64,000 bases of DNA from Candidatus Omnitrophota bacterium (GCA_043823745.1 JBDRAN010000056.1:5144-69143), one strand, 5' to 3'. Positions 10,515 to 19,238 are shown, numbered from the stretch's first letter. The notes: generated by a model from the sequence alone, not told the origin. Translations and numbers: made by a program.

Positions 10515-10895
10515 ATGATAATCGGCATCGGCATCGACATGGTCAAAATCGAAAAAATCCAAAGCGCCATTGAGCGTTTGGGTGAGGCTTTCCTGGACCG
10601 CGTTTTTAACAAAGAAGAACTGGCGCCTATCGCCAAAGGTAAAATGTATTACCAGCGTCTGGCAGCGCGTTTCGCCGCTAAAGAAGCGGTCATAAAAGCG
10701 ATTTCGAAAGAAAAGCCGCTCGCTCTCAAAGACATCGTTATTTTAAATAAACCAAACGGCGCTCCGTATTGTAAGTTCAAGAAAAAAATGAATATTGAGA
10801 TTTTCCTTTCGATTACGCATCTTGAAGATTACGCGTCTGCCTGCGCGGTGGCCCAGAGAGAAACGCAGATTAGCGCAGAGGGAAGACGCAGATGA
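10515..10895 (+). CDS. acpS: Holo-[acyl-carrier-protein] synthase.
   Basis: MIIGIGIDMVKI...FAAKEAVIKA, 126 aa. Confidence 0.85.
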   Translation: MIIGIGIDMVKIEKIQSAIERLGEAFLDRVFNKEELAPIAKGKMYYQRLAARFAAKEAVIKAISKEKPLALKDIVILNKPNGAPYCKFKKKMNIEIFLSITHLEDYASACAVAQRETQISAEGRRR

Positions 10896-10908
10896 ACGCA
10901 GATAAAAA

Positions 10909-11766
10909 ATGAAGTTACCTACGCACTTATTTAAACGTAAGCCTGATACCCATAAAGGGGATTATGGCTATGTTTTGGTTATCGGCGGTTCACCGGGATT
11001 AACCGGCGCGGTGTGCTTATGTGCTAGTGCCGCCCTACGGATGGGTGCCGGTCTTGTGCGCGCGGCAGTACCGGGCTCGCTTACCGGCATTGTTGCGACA
11101 AAACTTACCGAAGTTATGACATTGTTGCTTCCTGAAATGCACCCGGGATATCTGTGTCCGGATGCGTTCGGTACAATAGAGCAGATGCTTTCTCGTGTCG
11201 ATGCTATCGCGCTTGGTTGCGGCGCTTCTTCCAATGAAGCTGCCCGGGTCTTAATGCTTAAAGTTATCAAAGAAGTCGATAAGCCTATTGTAGTTGATGC
11301 AGATGGTCTTAATGCTCTGTCTTCTGATACGTGTATTTTAGAGGCCCGTACAACAAAAAATCTCATCCTTACCCCTCATGCTCTTGAGTTTTCCCGGATT
11401 TCAGGGTATAGTATCGAGGATATAAAGAAGAATAGAAAAGCACTTGTCAAAGATTTCGCTCTTCGGTATAATCTAACCCTCGTTCTTAAGGGCCACCGGA
11501 CGCTGGTTAGTGATGGGAGAAAGCTCTTTGAAAATACGACCGGAAACCCCGGAATGGCAACGGCCGGAACAGGGGACGTATTAACCGGTATGATTGCGGG
11601 GCTTCTCGGTCAAGGGCTTATACCTTTTTGCGCGGCCCAGATCGGAGTATACCTGCATGGCTTAGCAAGCGATCTGGCCAGCCGCGAGAAAACCGAAATT
11701 TGTTTAATTGCTTCAGATATAATAGATTATTTACCAAAGGCCATAAAGAAAGCTAGTAGAGCGTAG
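10909..11766 (+). CDS. nnrD: ADP-dependent (S)-NAD(P)H-hydrate dehydratase (YjeF C-terminal domain).
   Basis: GDYGYVLVIGGSPGLTGA...GTGDVLTGMIAGLLGQG. Confidence 0.85.
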   Translation: MKLPTHLFKRKPDTHKGDYGYVLVIGGSPGLTGAVCLCASAALRMGAGLVRAAVPGSLTGIVATKLTEVMTLLLPEMHPGYLCPDAFGTIEQMLSRVDAIALGCGASSNEAARVLMLKVIKEVDKPIVVDADGLNALSSDTCILEARTTKNLILTPHALEFSRISGYSIEDIKKNRKALVKDFALRYNLTLVLKGHRTLVSDGRKLFENTTGNPGMATAGTGDVLTGMIAGLLGQGLIPFCAAQIGVYLHGLASDLASREKTEICLIASDIIDYLPKAIKKASRA

Positions 11767-12057
11767 GATAAAAGTTCATAGCTGATAGCTCATAAGCTCA
11801 TAGGAAGATTATTAGAATTTTCATTGATATATTCGCGGAAATTAGCGCTCTAAATTCGCGGTAATTCGCGAGTTGAGGAGGAGCTTTAGCGACGACGCTG
11901 GCGAATGAGTGAGCCGGCGGTATTGTTCTTTGTCTTTTTTTTACTTCGTTAGTTTCTCTCCGGGGTGACAACGAGCCGCGTTTGACATCACTGGTTGTGC
12001 TTACAGGCGAGTGCCATAAGGGGCGGAGCCCCTCTTGGGGAGGAGCGAAGCGACGAC

Positions 12058-12130
12058 GCTGGCGTAGCTCAGTTGGCAGAGCAGAGGTTTTGTAAACCTC
12101 AGGTTGGGGGTTCGATTCCTCTCGCCAGCT
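12058..12130 (+). tRNA. tRNA-Thr (anticodon UGU).
   Basis: Manual cloverleaf: acceptor GCTGGCG/CGCCAGC, D-arm GCTC..GAGC, anticodon arm GAGGT-TTTGTAA-ACCTC, T-loop TTCGATT. No encoded CCA. Confidence 0.8.
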
Positions 12131-12248
12131 TAATTTCAAAAACGAAGGACGCTCATCCACATACGTTCATTGGGACGTGGGACGTTCGTTTGCTGGCCGC
12201 TACGGGGTCGTTTTTATTTTCAATACGTCTATCTCACGGAATAATGAA

Positions 12249-12599
12249 ATGGAAATCTTAAAGAAATTATTCGAAATAGCGCTCATTCCCATTACTTATT
12301 TTGCTGGCGTGCAAAGAGGAAAATTTAATAAAAATAAAGAAAAGATAGTCTTGATTGCGCAGAATTACGTTAATCTTTTGCGACAACATAATTATGATGT
12401 ATATCAATACCCCGACGTTTTGCTTGCAGCGGGGATTCTTACTTTGTCTGAGATGAAAGATATTAACCAAGTAATAGATATTGTTGTAAGTAAATATGGA
12501 GTAGAGCACCCATTTAAAAACTATTCGGAAGTTTTAAAAAGTGACAATACTGTTTTAGACTTCTTTAAGAATTTGGTTAACAAATCAAGAGAAAATTAA
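12249..12599 (+). CDS. Hypothetical protein, first gene of the AT-rich island (a GTG at 12177 is an alternative start).
   Basis: ORF in a roughly 33% GC stretch immediately downstream of tRNA-Thr. Confidence 0.35.
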   Translation: MEILKKLFEIALIPITYFAGVQRGKFNKNKEKIVLIAQNYVNLLRQHNYDVYQYPDVLLAAGILTLSEMKDINQVIDIVVSKYGVEHPFKNYSEVLKSDNTVLDFFKNLVNKSREN

Positions 12600-12700
12600 C
12601 TTAAACCATAACTATATATTTTCTATTTTGGTCTGTTCGCGCGTGCTAATTTTGATTTATGAGGTTTATTGGAGATGCTGCATAACACATAAAAAGAAGA

Positions 12701-12940
12701 ATGAAAAAAGCTTTGTTGAATGAGCTAAAAATATTTGGTGTTTGGGTAGGAATATATTTAATACTAATGGTGATCCTTGTTTTTCTTGCTGTAATTAAAT
12801 TTCCATCAGAGCAATTTGTGAGAGGATTTTCCAGTATCTTGCCCATTGTTTTGATGCTATATTTACCGTATATTGTTATTAAGTGCGTAATCTTGCTTTG
12901 TAAATATTTGGCTAAAGGTCAAAATAAAAAGATATTATAA
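12701..12940 (+). CDS. Small membrane protein with two TM helices (hypothetical).
   Basis: 79-aa ORF with two hydrophobic helices, AT-rich. Confidence 0.35.
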   Translation: MKKALLNELKIFGVWVGIYLILMVILVFLAVIKFPSEQFVRGFSSILPIVLMLYLPYIVIKCVILLCKYLAKGQNKKIL

Positions 12941-12964
12941 GAATTCCATAGGTAAGCCAAAAAG

Positions 12965-13621
12965 ATGAATTTAACGGCAAAACTGAATCCTCAAGAAATT
13001 AGAGATTTATATTGGGAGAAAAAACATAGCGTGGAGGAGGTTGCAGAGAAATTAGGCATTTCTGTTTGGGCATTATATAATTTTATGAATAGAAATGGAA
13101 TCCCGAGGCGTTCTTTGACAGAGGCTAATTATATTGCTAATCGAGATAAACCACAATTTGCAATCAGAGACGATCTTAGCATTACAGAAGAAAAACTTAA
13201 AATAGCCGGTATTATGATGTATTGGGCTGAAGGAACTTTAAAAGGAAACTCGGTTGACTTTGTGAATAGTAATCCGGACATGGTAAGGATATTCCTAAAA
13301 TTCTTAAGAGCAATATGCGGGATAAAAGAGGAACGCTTAAGGGTCTATCTGTACGCGTATTCTTATCAAAGTATCGAAACGTTGAAACGCTATTGGGGTA
13401 AAGTAACAAATATTTCTTTGAGTCAATTTACTAAACCATACATCAGGGAAGGTAATTTGAATTTAAGTCAAAGAAAAATGCTTTATGGCTTAGTGCATAT
13501 TCGTTATAATGATAAACGTTTATTAAATCTGATTAAGGATTGGATAGCTGAGTATATAGAAGGGCAGGTTCCTGAGTGGTCAAAAGGGACAGACTGTGTA
13601 ATTAACGCAGCGCCCTGTTGA
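12965..13621 (+). CDS. Putative homing-endonuclease-like protein: N-terminal HTH plus a degenerate LAGLIDADG-like core (KIAGIMMYWAEGTL).
   Basis: HTH motif EIRDLYWEKKHSVEEVAEKLGISVWALYNFM. It is followed by a LAGLIDADG-like motif and an I-CreI-like secondary pattern. It ends 20 nt before the group I intron-like core. Confidence 0.45.
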   Translation: MNLTAKLNPQEIRDLYWEKKHSVEEVAEKLGISVWALYNFMNRNGIPRRSLTEANYIANRDKPQFAIRDDLSITEEKLKIAGIMMYWAEGTLKGNSVDFVNSNPDMVRIFLKFLRAICGIKEERLRVYLYAYSYQSIETLKRYWGKVTNISLSQFTKPYIREGNLNLSQRKMLYGLVHIRYNDKRLLNLIKDWIAEYIEGQVPEWSKGTDCVINAAPC

Positions 13622-13920
13622 AAAACAGGATGTAAAAGCGGGTGAATTCAGGGAAGCCCAGCACTAATTTAAAACTTTGAATTAGGTTAGTAAAATTAGT
13701 GCTGGGTAATCCTGAGCCAAGCTTTGGCATAACGCCAGAGAAGGTGCAGAGACTATTCCGTAAGGAAGTAGCTTCAGTTATTCTGGAGCGAAGCGCCCGC
13801 CGCCTAACGCCAGGTTATTAATGGCTATGGTGATGAGATAGTCCAAGCCTTAAGGTAACTTAAGGGACACTTGAAATCTGTTGCGCTTGCGCTTCGAGGG
13901 TTCAAATCCTTCCCTGCCCA
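13622..13920 (+). ncRNA. Group I intron-like ribozyme core (R element GGTGCAGAGACTATTCCG 13743-13760; S element AGATAGTCC 13836-13844; 14-bp hairpin 13657-13706). It runs into a tRNA-like 3' exon (T-arm GAGGG-TTCAAAT-CCTTC, acceptor 3' strand CCTGCCC, discriminator A at 13920).
   Basis: The P7 halves GACTA/TAGTC are complementary and sit in the classic R/S contexts. A sense-strand T-loop and acceptor follow. No 5' exon could be located. Confidence 0.4.
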
Positions 13921-14203
13921 TGTTTATTATTCTTAAGGTAGTGAAGGTTCTCCCGCCTCACAACAACGCCTAAAATTTTCTCTGAAAATTTTAGGCGTTC
14001 GGCGGGATCAATTCGACTACATGTTTTTTCTTCACCCTTGGCTTAAAAAAACATAAGTCTCATTGAAAATCCTTCCCTGCCCATGTTTTTTGATAAATTT
14101 GAAGAGCTATCAGCTCACAGCTTTCAGCCCTCAGCTTAAAGGATAAATTTATTTATGCTGATAGCTGAAGACTGATAGCTGAGAGCTGACATTTTTTTGA
14201 CTT

Positions 14204-14274
14204 GCGGGCGTAGTTCAATGGCAGAACACTAGCCTTCCAAGCTGGATATGTCGGTTCGATCCCGATCGCCCGCT
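14204..14274 (+). tRNA. tRNA-Gly (anticodon UCC).
   Basis: Acceptor GCGGGCG/CGCCCGC, anticodon loop CTTCCAA, T-loop TTCGATC. Confidence 0.85.
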
Positions 14275-14333
14275 TATAATGAGACTGTGATTTTTTAAGC
14301 CGTAGGTGAAGAAAAATCACATAGTCGAATTAT

Positions 14334-14408
14334 CCCCGTTTTTGCACCCGATAGATTCCCTCGCAATTTCTTGAAATTGCGAAAAGATCAATGGAGGCAA
14401 AAACGGGG
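14334..14408 (+). ncRNA. Copy A of a conserved hairpin element: outer stem CCCCGTTTTTGC/GCAAAAACGGGG, inner hairpin CGCAATTTC-tt-GAAATTGCG. It lies 17 nt upstream of the gpsA ATG.
   Basis: One of three copies (A, B, C). The outer stem covaries in copy C. Confidence 0.5.
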
Positions 14409-14424
14409 TCAATTCGTGTTAACA

Positions 14425-15429
14425 ATGAAAGAAAAAGTATCTATCTTAGGTGCAGGCGGTTGGGGGACGACGCTTGCGGTTGTTTTAGCGCAAAAAAAAG
14501 ACTTGGATGTCACCCTGTGGTCACCGTTTAAGGATCACGTTGATGAAATTAAAAGGGATCGTCAAAACAAGATTTTTCTTCCCGGAGTAGACATTCCGCC
14601 TTCCCTGAGTGTAACCGCCGATCTGCCGGCTGCATTGGTTGTGCCTGTTCTCATCGTTGCAATTCCTGTCGAATATTTGCGTCAGACACTCCAGAAAATA
14701 AAGCGCGTGCACGTTTCTGTTAAGGGAAAAATTTTTGTAAGCGTTATTAAGGGTATCGAAATTAAAAATTTAGTTCGTCCCAGCCAAATTCTAGCTGGGG
14801 AGCTGGGAATTTCTTTAAAACAAATTGCAGTACTTTCCGGCCCCACTATCGCTAAGGAAGTTGCTTCCGGTATCCCCTCGGTTGCAACAGTCGCGTCGCA
14901 CGTTACGGCGTATGCCGCCCGTATTCAGAAATTGTTCTCCGGCACAACGCTTCGCGTGTATACTCACAATGATGTTGTCGGCATTGAGACTGCAGGAGCG
15001 CTTAAGAATATTATTGCCATTGCCTGCGGCATCTCCGACGGATTAGGATTCGGAACCAATACTAAGTCAGCGCTTATATGCAGAGGCTTGAAGGAAATGA
15101 TACGGTTTGCCTCCGCCTTTAAGATCAAGCCTCCCGCGTTCCTGGGTATTAGCGGTATCGGCGATTTATGCACAACATGTTTTTCTTCCGCTTCGCGCAA
15201 TCGTTCACTGGGAGAAGCAATCGGCCGCGGCGCGGCACTTGCCGAAGTCTTAGGCAGCATGAAAACGGTCGCTGAGGGTGTCGGTACGACAAAAGCGGTA
15301 TACCGTTTAAGCAAAAAATATAGTATTGATATGCCCATTACCAGAGAAATATACGCGGTTCTCTATAACAAAAAAACGCCTCAGAAAGCGGTAAAAGATT
15401 TAATGGCTCGCCCCTTGAAGGCGGAATGA
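14425..15429 (+). CDS. gpsA: NAD(P)H-dependent glycerol-3-phosphate dehydrogenase.
   Basis: VSILGAGGWGTTLAVVLA Rossmann motif, 334 aa. The upstream extension of the track ORF lies inside element A. Confidence 0.9.
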   Translation: MKEKVSILGAGGWGTTLAVVLAQKKDLDVTLWSPFKDHVDEIKRDRQNKIFLPGVDIPPSLSVTADLPAALVVPVLIVAIPVEYLRQTLQKIKRVHVSVKGKIFVSVIKGIEIKNLVRPSQILAGELGISLKQIAVLSGPTIAKEVASGIPSVATVASHVTAYAARIQKLFSGTTLRVYTHNDVVGIETAGALKNIIAIACGISDGLGFGTNTKSALICRGLKEMIRFASAFKIKPPAFLGISGIGDLCTTCFSSASRNRSLGEAIGRGAALAEVLGSMKTVAEGVGTTKAVYRLSKKYSIDMPITREIYAVLYNKKTPQKAVKDLMARPLKAE

Positions 15430-15619
15430 GATCTTTTTTAAATAGGGTGGTGTGCGCTTGTTGATTTTATACCCCGCGCTAAGCACCCGGCACTTAATGG
15501 AATGGTGTCGGCGTCGCCCCTCTGGGCTATATACCTGGCGCTCAATGGAATGGCGCCAGTATCGCCCTTCTGGGCGAGAATTGAGCGGGTATGCGCGTTT
15601 CTCGCGCAAGGAGGTTCTT

Positions 15620-16066
15620 ATGAAGAGAGTATCGAGTTTTTTGGTTTGTTTGATTTGGTTTTTTTCGATCACAGGGTGTCAGAACACCAAGACACGCGCC
15701 GTTGAAGGTGCGGTTATTGGCGGTATTCTTGGAGCCGGCGCAGGATATGGTATAGGTCACGGTGGTCACCACGGCGGGGAAGGCGCGGCTATTGGCGCTG
15801 CCGCTGGAGCGCTTACGGGAGCGTTCGTGGGAAGTCAGATCGATAAGCCCCAATCAGAACAGTCCCAAGGAGCATCGGCAGCTAATCCTAATCAAATGAG
15901 TGTTCAGCAAGTCATAGATCTAAGTAAACAGGGTGTTCATGAGGATGTTATTGTTGATAGGATCCGGCTTTCGAATTCAAAATTTGCGCTCTCGCCGACT
16001 GATGTCACGTCTCTTGAACAGCAAGGAGTGAGCCAAAAGGTTATCGCGGTAATGCAGGGAGTGTAA
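15620..16066 (+). CDS. Glycine-zipper lipoprotein (lipobox ITGC; GxxxG-rich segment).
   Basis: GGAGG SD 8 nt upstream, followed by signal peptide plus Cys and AVIGGILGAGAGYGIGHGG. Confidence 0.55.
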   Translation: MKRVSSFLVCLIWFFSITGCQNTKTRAVEGAVIGGILGAGAGYGIGHGGHHGGEGAAIGAAAGALTGAFVGSQIDKPQSEQSQGASAANPNQMSVQQVIDLSKQGVHEDVIVDRIRLSNSKFALSPTDVTSLEQQGVSQKVIAVMQGV

Positions 16067-16106
16067 TTTGTTTTCGGCTACGCCGTGCCGCAGCCAAGGA
16101 GATAGT

Positions 16107-16496
16107 ATGAGTCTTACAGTTTCAGTGCATTCAAAAGAAGCAGGGGTCTATGTTGTCGTTCCTGATGGCGTCATTGATGCTCAGACGTGCGGTGTACTTG
16201 AGAGTACACTTAAACCGTTGCTTGTGTCCCCCACAAAAGCGGTCGTGCTTGATATGACCGCAGTTTCTTATATCAGCAGTCTTGGTTTAAGTGTTATTTT
16301 CAGAACAAAAGAGGCGCTTGAAAAAAATAAAGGCGCGTTACTTCTTACCAATCTTCAACCACAGATAACTAAGGTTTTCGAAGTCATAAGAGCGATCCCT
16401 GAGTACCTTTTTGCGACTATGGAGGAGACCGATACGTATCTTGACCGGTTTCTTGCCGAGATAGAGAAAAAAGAACCCGATCAGGGCAGCGCGTAG
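16107..16496 (+). CDS. STAS-domain anti-sigma-factor antagonist (SpoIIAA-like).
   Basis: VLDMTAVSYISSLGLSVIF pattern with the conserved Ser region. SD GGAGA upstream of the ATG at 16107. Confidence 0.75.
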   Translation: MSLTVSVHSKEAGVYVVVPDGVIDAQTCGVLESTLKPLLVSPTKAVVLDMTAVSYISSLGLSVIFRTKEALEKNKGALLLTNLQPQITKVFEVIRAIPEYLFATMEETDTYLDRFLAEIEKKEPDQGSA

Positions 16497-16579
16497 CTCT
16501 CATGATGAGAATTAGGCTCGACACCAGCCCCTTTGTGGCTGCTCTTGACGGAGTGTATTATCCATGGTAGGGTACCCTG

Positions 16580-16957
16580 ATGAATGAAACTAAAAAGAAA
16601 ATACTGGTGGTTGACGATGAGAAAGATACCGTATTGATGCTTACTAATATCCTGCGCCGCGCCCAATACGATACGCTTTCTGCTTCAAGCGGCAAAGAAG
16701 CTTTGACGCTCGCCCGAAGTTTCTCCCCGGACGTTATAATCCTTGATATTGTCTTGGGCGATATGGACGGCGGAGATGTGGCTTTTGAGCTTTCTCGCGA
16801 TCCCGCTACTGCCCACATCCCTATTATTTTTCTTACCGGCGTACTCTCTAAGGGCGAAGGTTCTAAAATCAAGACAAGCGGTAAGCGATATGTCTTGGCA
16901 AAGCCCACGACAGCAGAAGAGCTTTTTACCGTAATCAATAAAGTCTTGCCTGCGTAG
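16580..16957 (+). CDS. Stand-alone response-regulator receiver domain (CheY-like).
   Basis: KILVVDDE...ILDIVLGDMDG...KP pattern, 125 aa, no output domain. Confidence 0.85.
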   Translation: MNETKKKILVVDDEKDTVLMLTNILRRAQYDTLSASSGKEALTLARSFSPDVIILDIVLGDMDGGDVAFELSRDPATAHIPIIFLTGVLSKGEGSKIKTSGKRYVLAKPTTAEELFTVINKVLPA

Positions 16958-17361
16958 CCGATTCTTTTCGTAACATGCATCATGTTGTAATCTCCTTCAT
17001 AATTGCTTTGGCGAGTGCCACGATAGGGTTATTGCTTGTTCGATATCCTGCGTACGCCATCGAATTGCAGCGGAGATTTTACGCGAAAATAAACTGAAGG
17101 ATAGAGCCACTCTCGATGGAAGAAGAGTTACGTAATACCCGGGCCTTGGGGCTCTTTCTCATTGGTTTTGTGTGCGCGGCGGTTATCGCATCGGTACGTG
17201 TATGTATGTAATGAAAAAGGTGGCGGCATAGAATACATATCCCTAGCTTTTTAGCTCTTTAGTCGAAAATCTCCCTTTACAGCCTTTCAGAAAGCAACTA
17301 TAATAGCTTGAATATACAGGGTTTGGCCATTTTAAACAAAAATCCCCATGCTATATTTCAT

Positions 17362-17437
17362 CGGGGGGTAGCGCAGTCCGGCTTAGCGCACTTGAATGGG
17401 GTTCAAGGGGCCGAGAGTTCAAATCTCTCTCCCCCGA
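17362..17437 (+). tRNA. tRNA-Pro (anticodon GGG).
   Basis: Acceptor CGGGGGG/TCCCCCG, anticodon arm CTTGA-ATGGGGT-TCAAG, T-arm GAGAG-TTCAAAT-CTCTC. Confidence 0.8.
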
Positions 17438-17575
17438 TCATTTGTTTATTGAGTGAAGTGCCTGATTTAACTTTGAATCAGAGTGCGGCATAGTTCTTGA
17501 TTAGACTATTGATACGCCACAACGTATTATACGGTATTATCGGGGATAATATCTCGTAAGGCACGGAGGATAATA

Positions 17576-17926
17576 ATGGAGAAGTATGGCGGTTCAGAAC
17601 GAAGAAAATTTCCGCGGTTTAGCGCAAACTTTGTGGTGAGCTATCGTGTTAAGGAAGTTCCCGATGGGTATGATCTCTCGCAGACGAAAAATGTCAGCCA
17701 GGGGGGAATTCTCTTGACCACGAATCGTAAATTCGAAAAGGGAACTTTGCTTGCGATGAGTATTCGTTTTCCGTTTGTCGCCAAACGAATCGAGGTTACC
17801 GGTGAGGTAGTTGATTCCCGAGAAGTTGTGCGGGACCTTATTTACGAAACAAGGATTAATTTTCGTGATTTAGATACAGAATTCTTCAGAGAGCTTGGCG
17901 AATTTGTCCAGGGGCATTTAAAATAG
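17576..17926 (+). CDS. PilZ-domain (c-di-GMP binding) protein.
   Basis: RxxxR motif (ERRKFPR) and D/NxSxGG (NVSQGG). Confidence 0.7.
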   Translation: MEKYGGSERRKFPRFSANFVVSYRVKEVPDGYDLSQTKNVSQGGILLTTNRKFEKGTLLAMSIRFPFVAKRIEVTGEVVDSREVVRDLIYETRINFRDLDTEFFRELGEFVQGHLK

Positions 17927-17969
17927 ACCATATCCTTTCTCTCAATAATTCCATTAATGTGGGGGCATT

Positions 17970-19238
17970 ATGATTAAGCGTATAGGCATTATCGGTTTAG
18001 GCACGGTAGGGGAGGCTACGGTGCGGTCGCTCATGAAGTATTCATCCGTCATCGCAAATCGGACCTCACTTAAAATTGAAATCAAGGCGTTATGCGACTC
18101 CAAGGTAAAGAAGCGGTCGCTCGCCGCCAGATTTAGAATTCCTTTTACCAATGATCCCTCTCGTTTAATTAATGATCCCGATATAGATACCATTGTCGAG
18201 CTCATCGGCGGCATTAATCCCGCCAAGCAGCTTATTATGGATGCGTTGCGTTCTGGTAAGAACGTAGTTACCGCCAATAAGGCCCTGCTTGCTGAATGTG
18301 GTAAAGAGCTTTTTGCGTTAGCGGAACGAAAGAGAAAACGTATCGGCTTTGAAGCGTCCGCGTGCGGCGCAATACCGTTGATTGAAAGTATTTCTGACGG
18401 TTTGGTGGCGTGCCAGGTCCAGGAACTCTACGGGATTTTAAACGGAACGACTAACTACATTCTTTATAGAATGGGCAAGGAGCGGATGAGTTTTATCGCC
18501 GCGCTACGTGAAGCTCGTGCTCGCGGTTTTGCCGAACGCAACCCGTCTCTTGACATCGAAGGGGTTGATACGGTGCATAAGTTATGTATTTTGAGTTATC
18601 TTTGTTTTGGAATTTGGCCGAATCCGGCAAAGGTACACCGCGAAGGAATTTCGAATATCTCACTTCTTGATATTATCTATGCGGAAGAGCTTAATTACCG
18701 CATTAAGCTTCTGGCGATCGCTAAAAGAAAAGGGAACAGCCTTGATTTACGCGTTCATCCGACGCTGGTCTCTATGGATCATCCTATCTCGGAAGTTTCC
18801 TATGCCTACAATGCGGTCTCACTTGATACCGAGCCGGCAGGGAAACTCCTTTTTTATGGTCTCGGCGCCGGCGGCGGCCCTACGTCATCATCGGTAATCT
18901 CTGATATCGTAAGCATCTCGTTCTACGAGCGCGGGTTCCTGCGAAAAGAGGAAAATATTATCCTTAAGAATACCAGGAATATCTCAGCGCGGTATTATAT
19001 CCGTTTCATGGCGAAAGATAAACCGGGCGTTCTGGCTCAGATCTCTAAAGTCCTCGCTTCCTGCAGCATCAGTATTGCGTCGGTTACGCAGAAGGCCTGG
19101 GTAAAAGGGAGATTTGTTCCTATCGTGATGATTACCCATGAGGCAAAAGAGGATAATATGCAGCGTGCGTTCAAGCGGATTAACGAGCTGCCCGCGATTA
19201 AAACTCACTCTCAGCTGATCAGGATTGAAAATCTATGA
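17970..19238 (+). CDS. hom: Homoserine dehydrogenase with a C-terminal ACT domain.
   Basis: IGIIGLGTVGEA NAD-binding motif plus the catalytic domain, 422 aa. Confidence 0.9.
   Translation: MIKRIGIIGLGTVGEATVRSLMKYSSVIANRTSLKIEIKALCDSKVKKRSLAARFRIPFTNDPSRLINDPDIDTIVELIGGINPAKQLIMDALRSGKNVVTANKALLAECGKELFALAERKRKRIGFEASACGAIPLIESISDGLVACQVQELYGILNGTTNYILYRMGKERMSFIAALREARARGFAERNPSLDIEGVDTVHKLCILSYLCFGIWPNPAKVHREGISNISLLDIIYAEELNYRIKLLAIAKRKGNSLDLRVHPTLVSMDHPISEVSYAYNAVSLDTEPAGKLLFYGLGAGGGPTSSSVISDIVSISFYERGFLRKEENIILKNTRNISARYYIRFMAKDKPGVLAQISKVLASCSISIASVTQKAWVKGRFVPIVMITHEAKEDNMQRAFKRINELPAIKTHSQLIRIENL

Noticed and set aside
12058-12130. Considered whether tRNA-Thr was the 5' exon of the intron-containing tRNA.
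   Set aside because: tRNA-Thr is a complete cloverleaf with its own perfectly paired acceptor (GCTGGCG/CGCCAGC). This is incompatible with the CCTGCCC acceptor strand at 13913-13919.
13622-13925. tmRNA (ssrA) hypothesis, prompted by the tRNA-like 3' end (GGTTCAAATCC...CCTGCCCA).
   Set aside because: No 5' acceptor partner (GGGCAGG...). No tag reading frame ending in ALAA-stop, and no pseudoknot series. The R/S elements fit a group I intron better.
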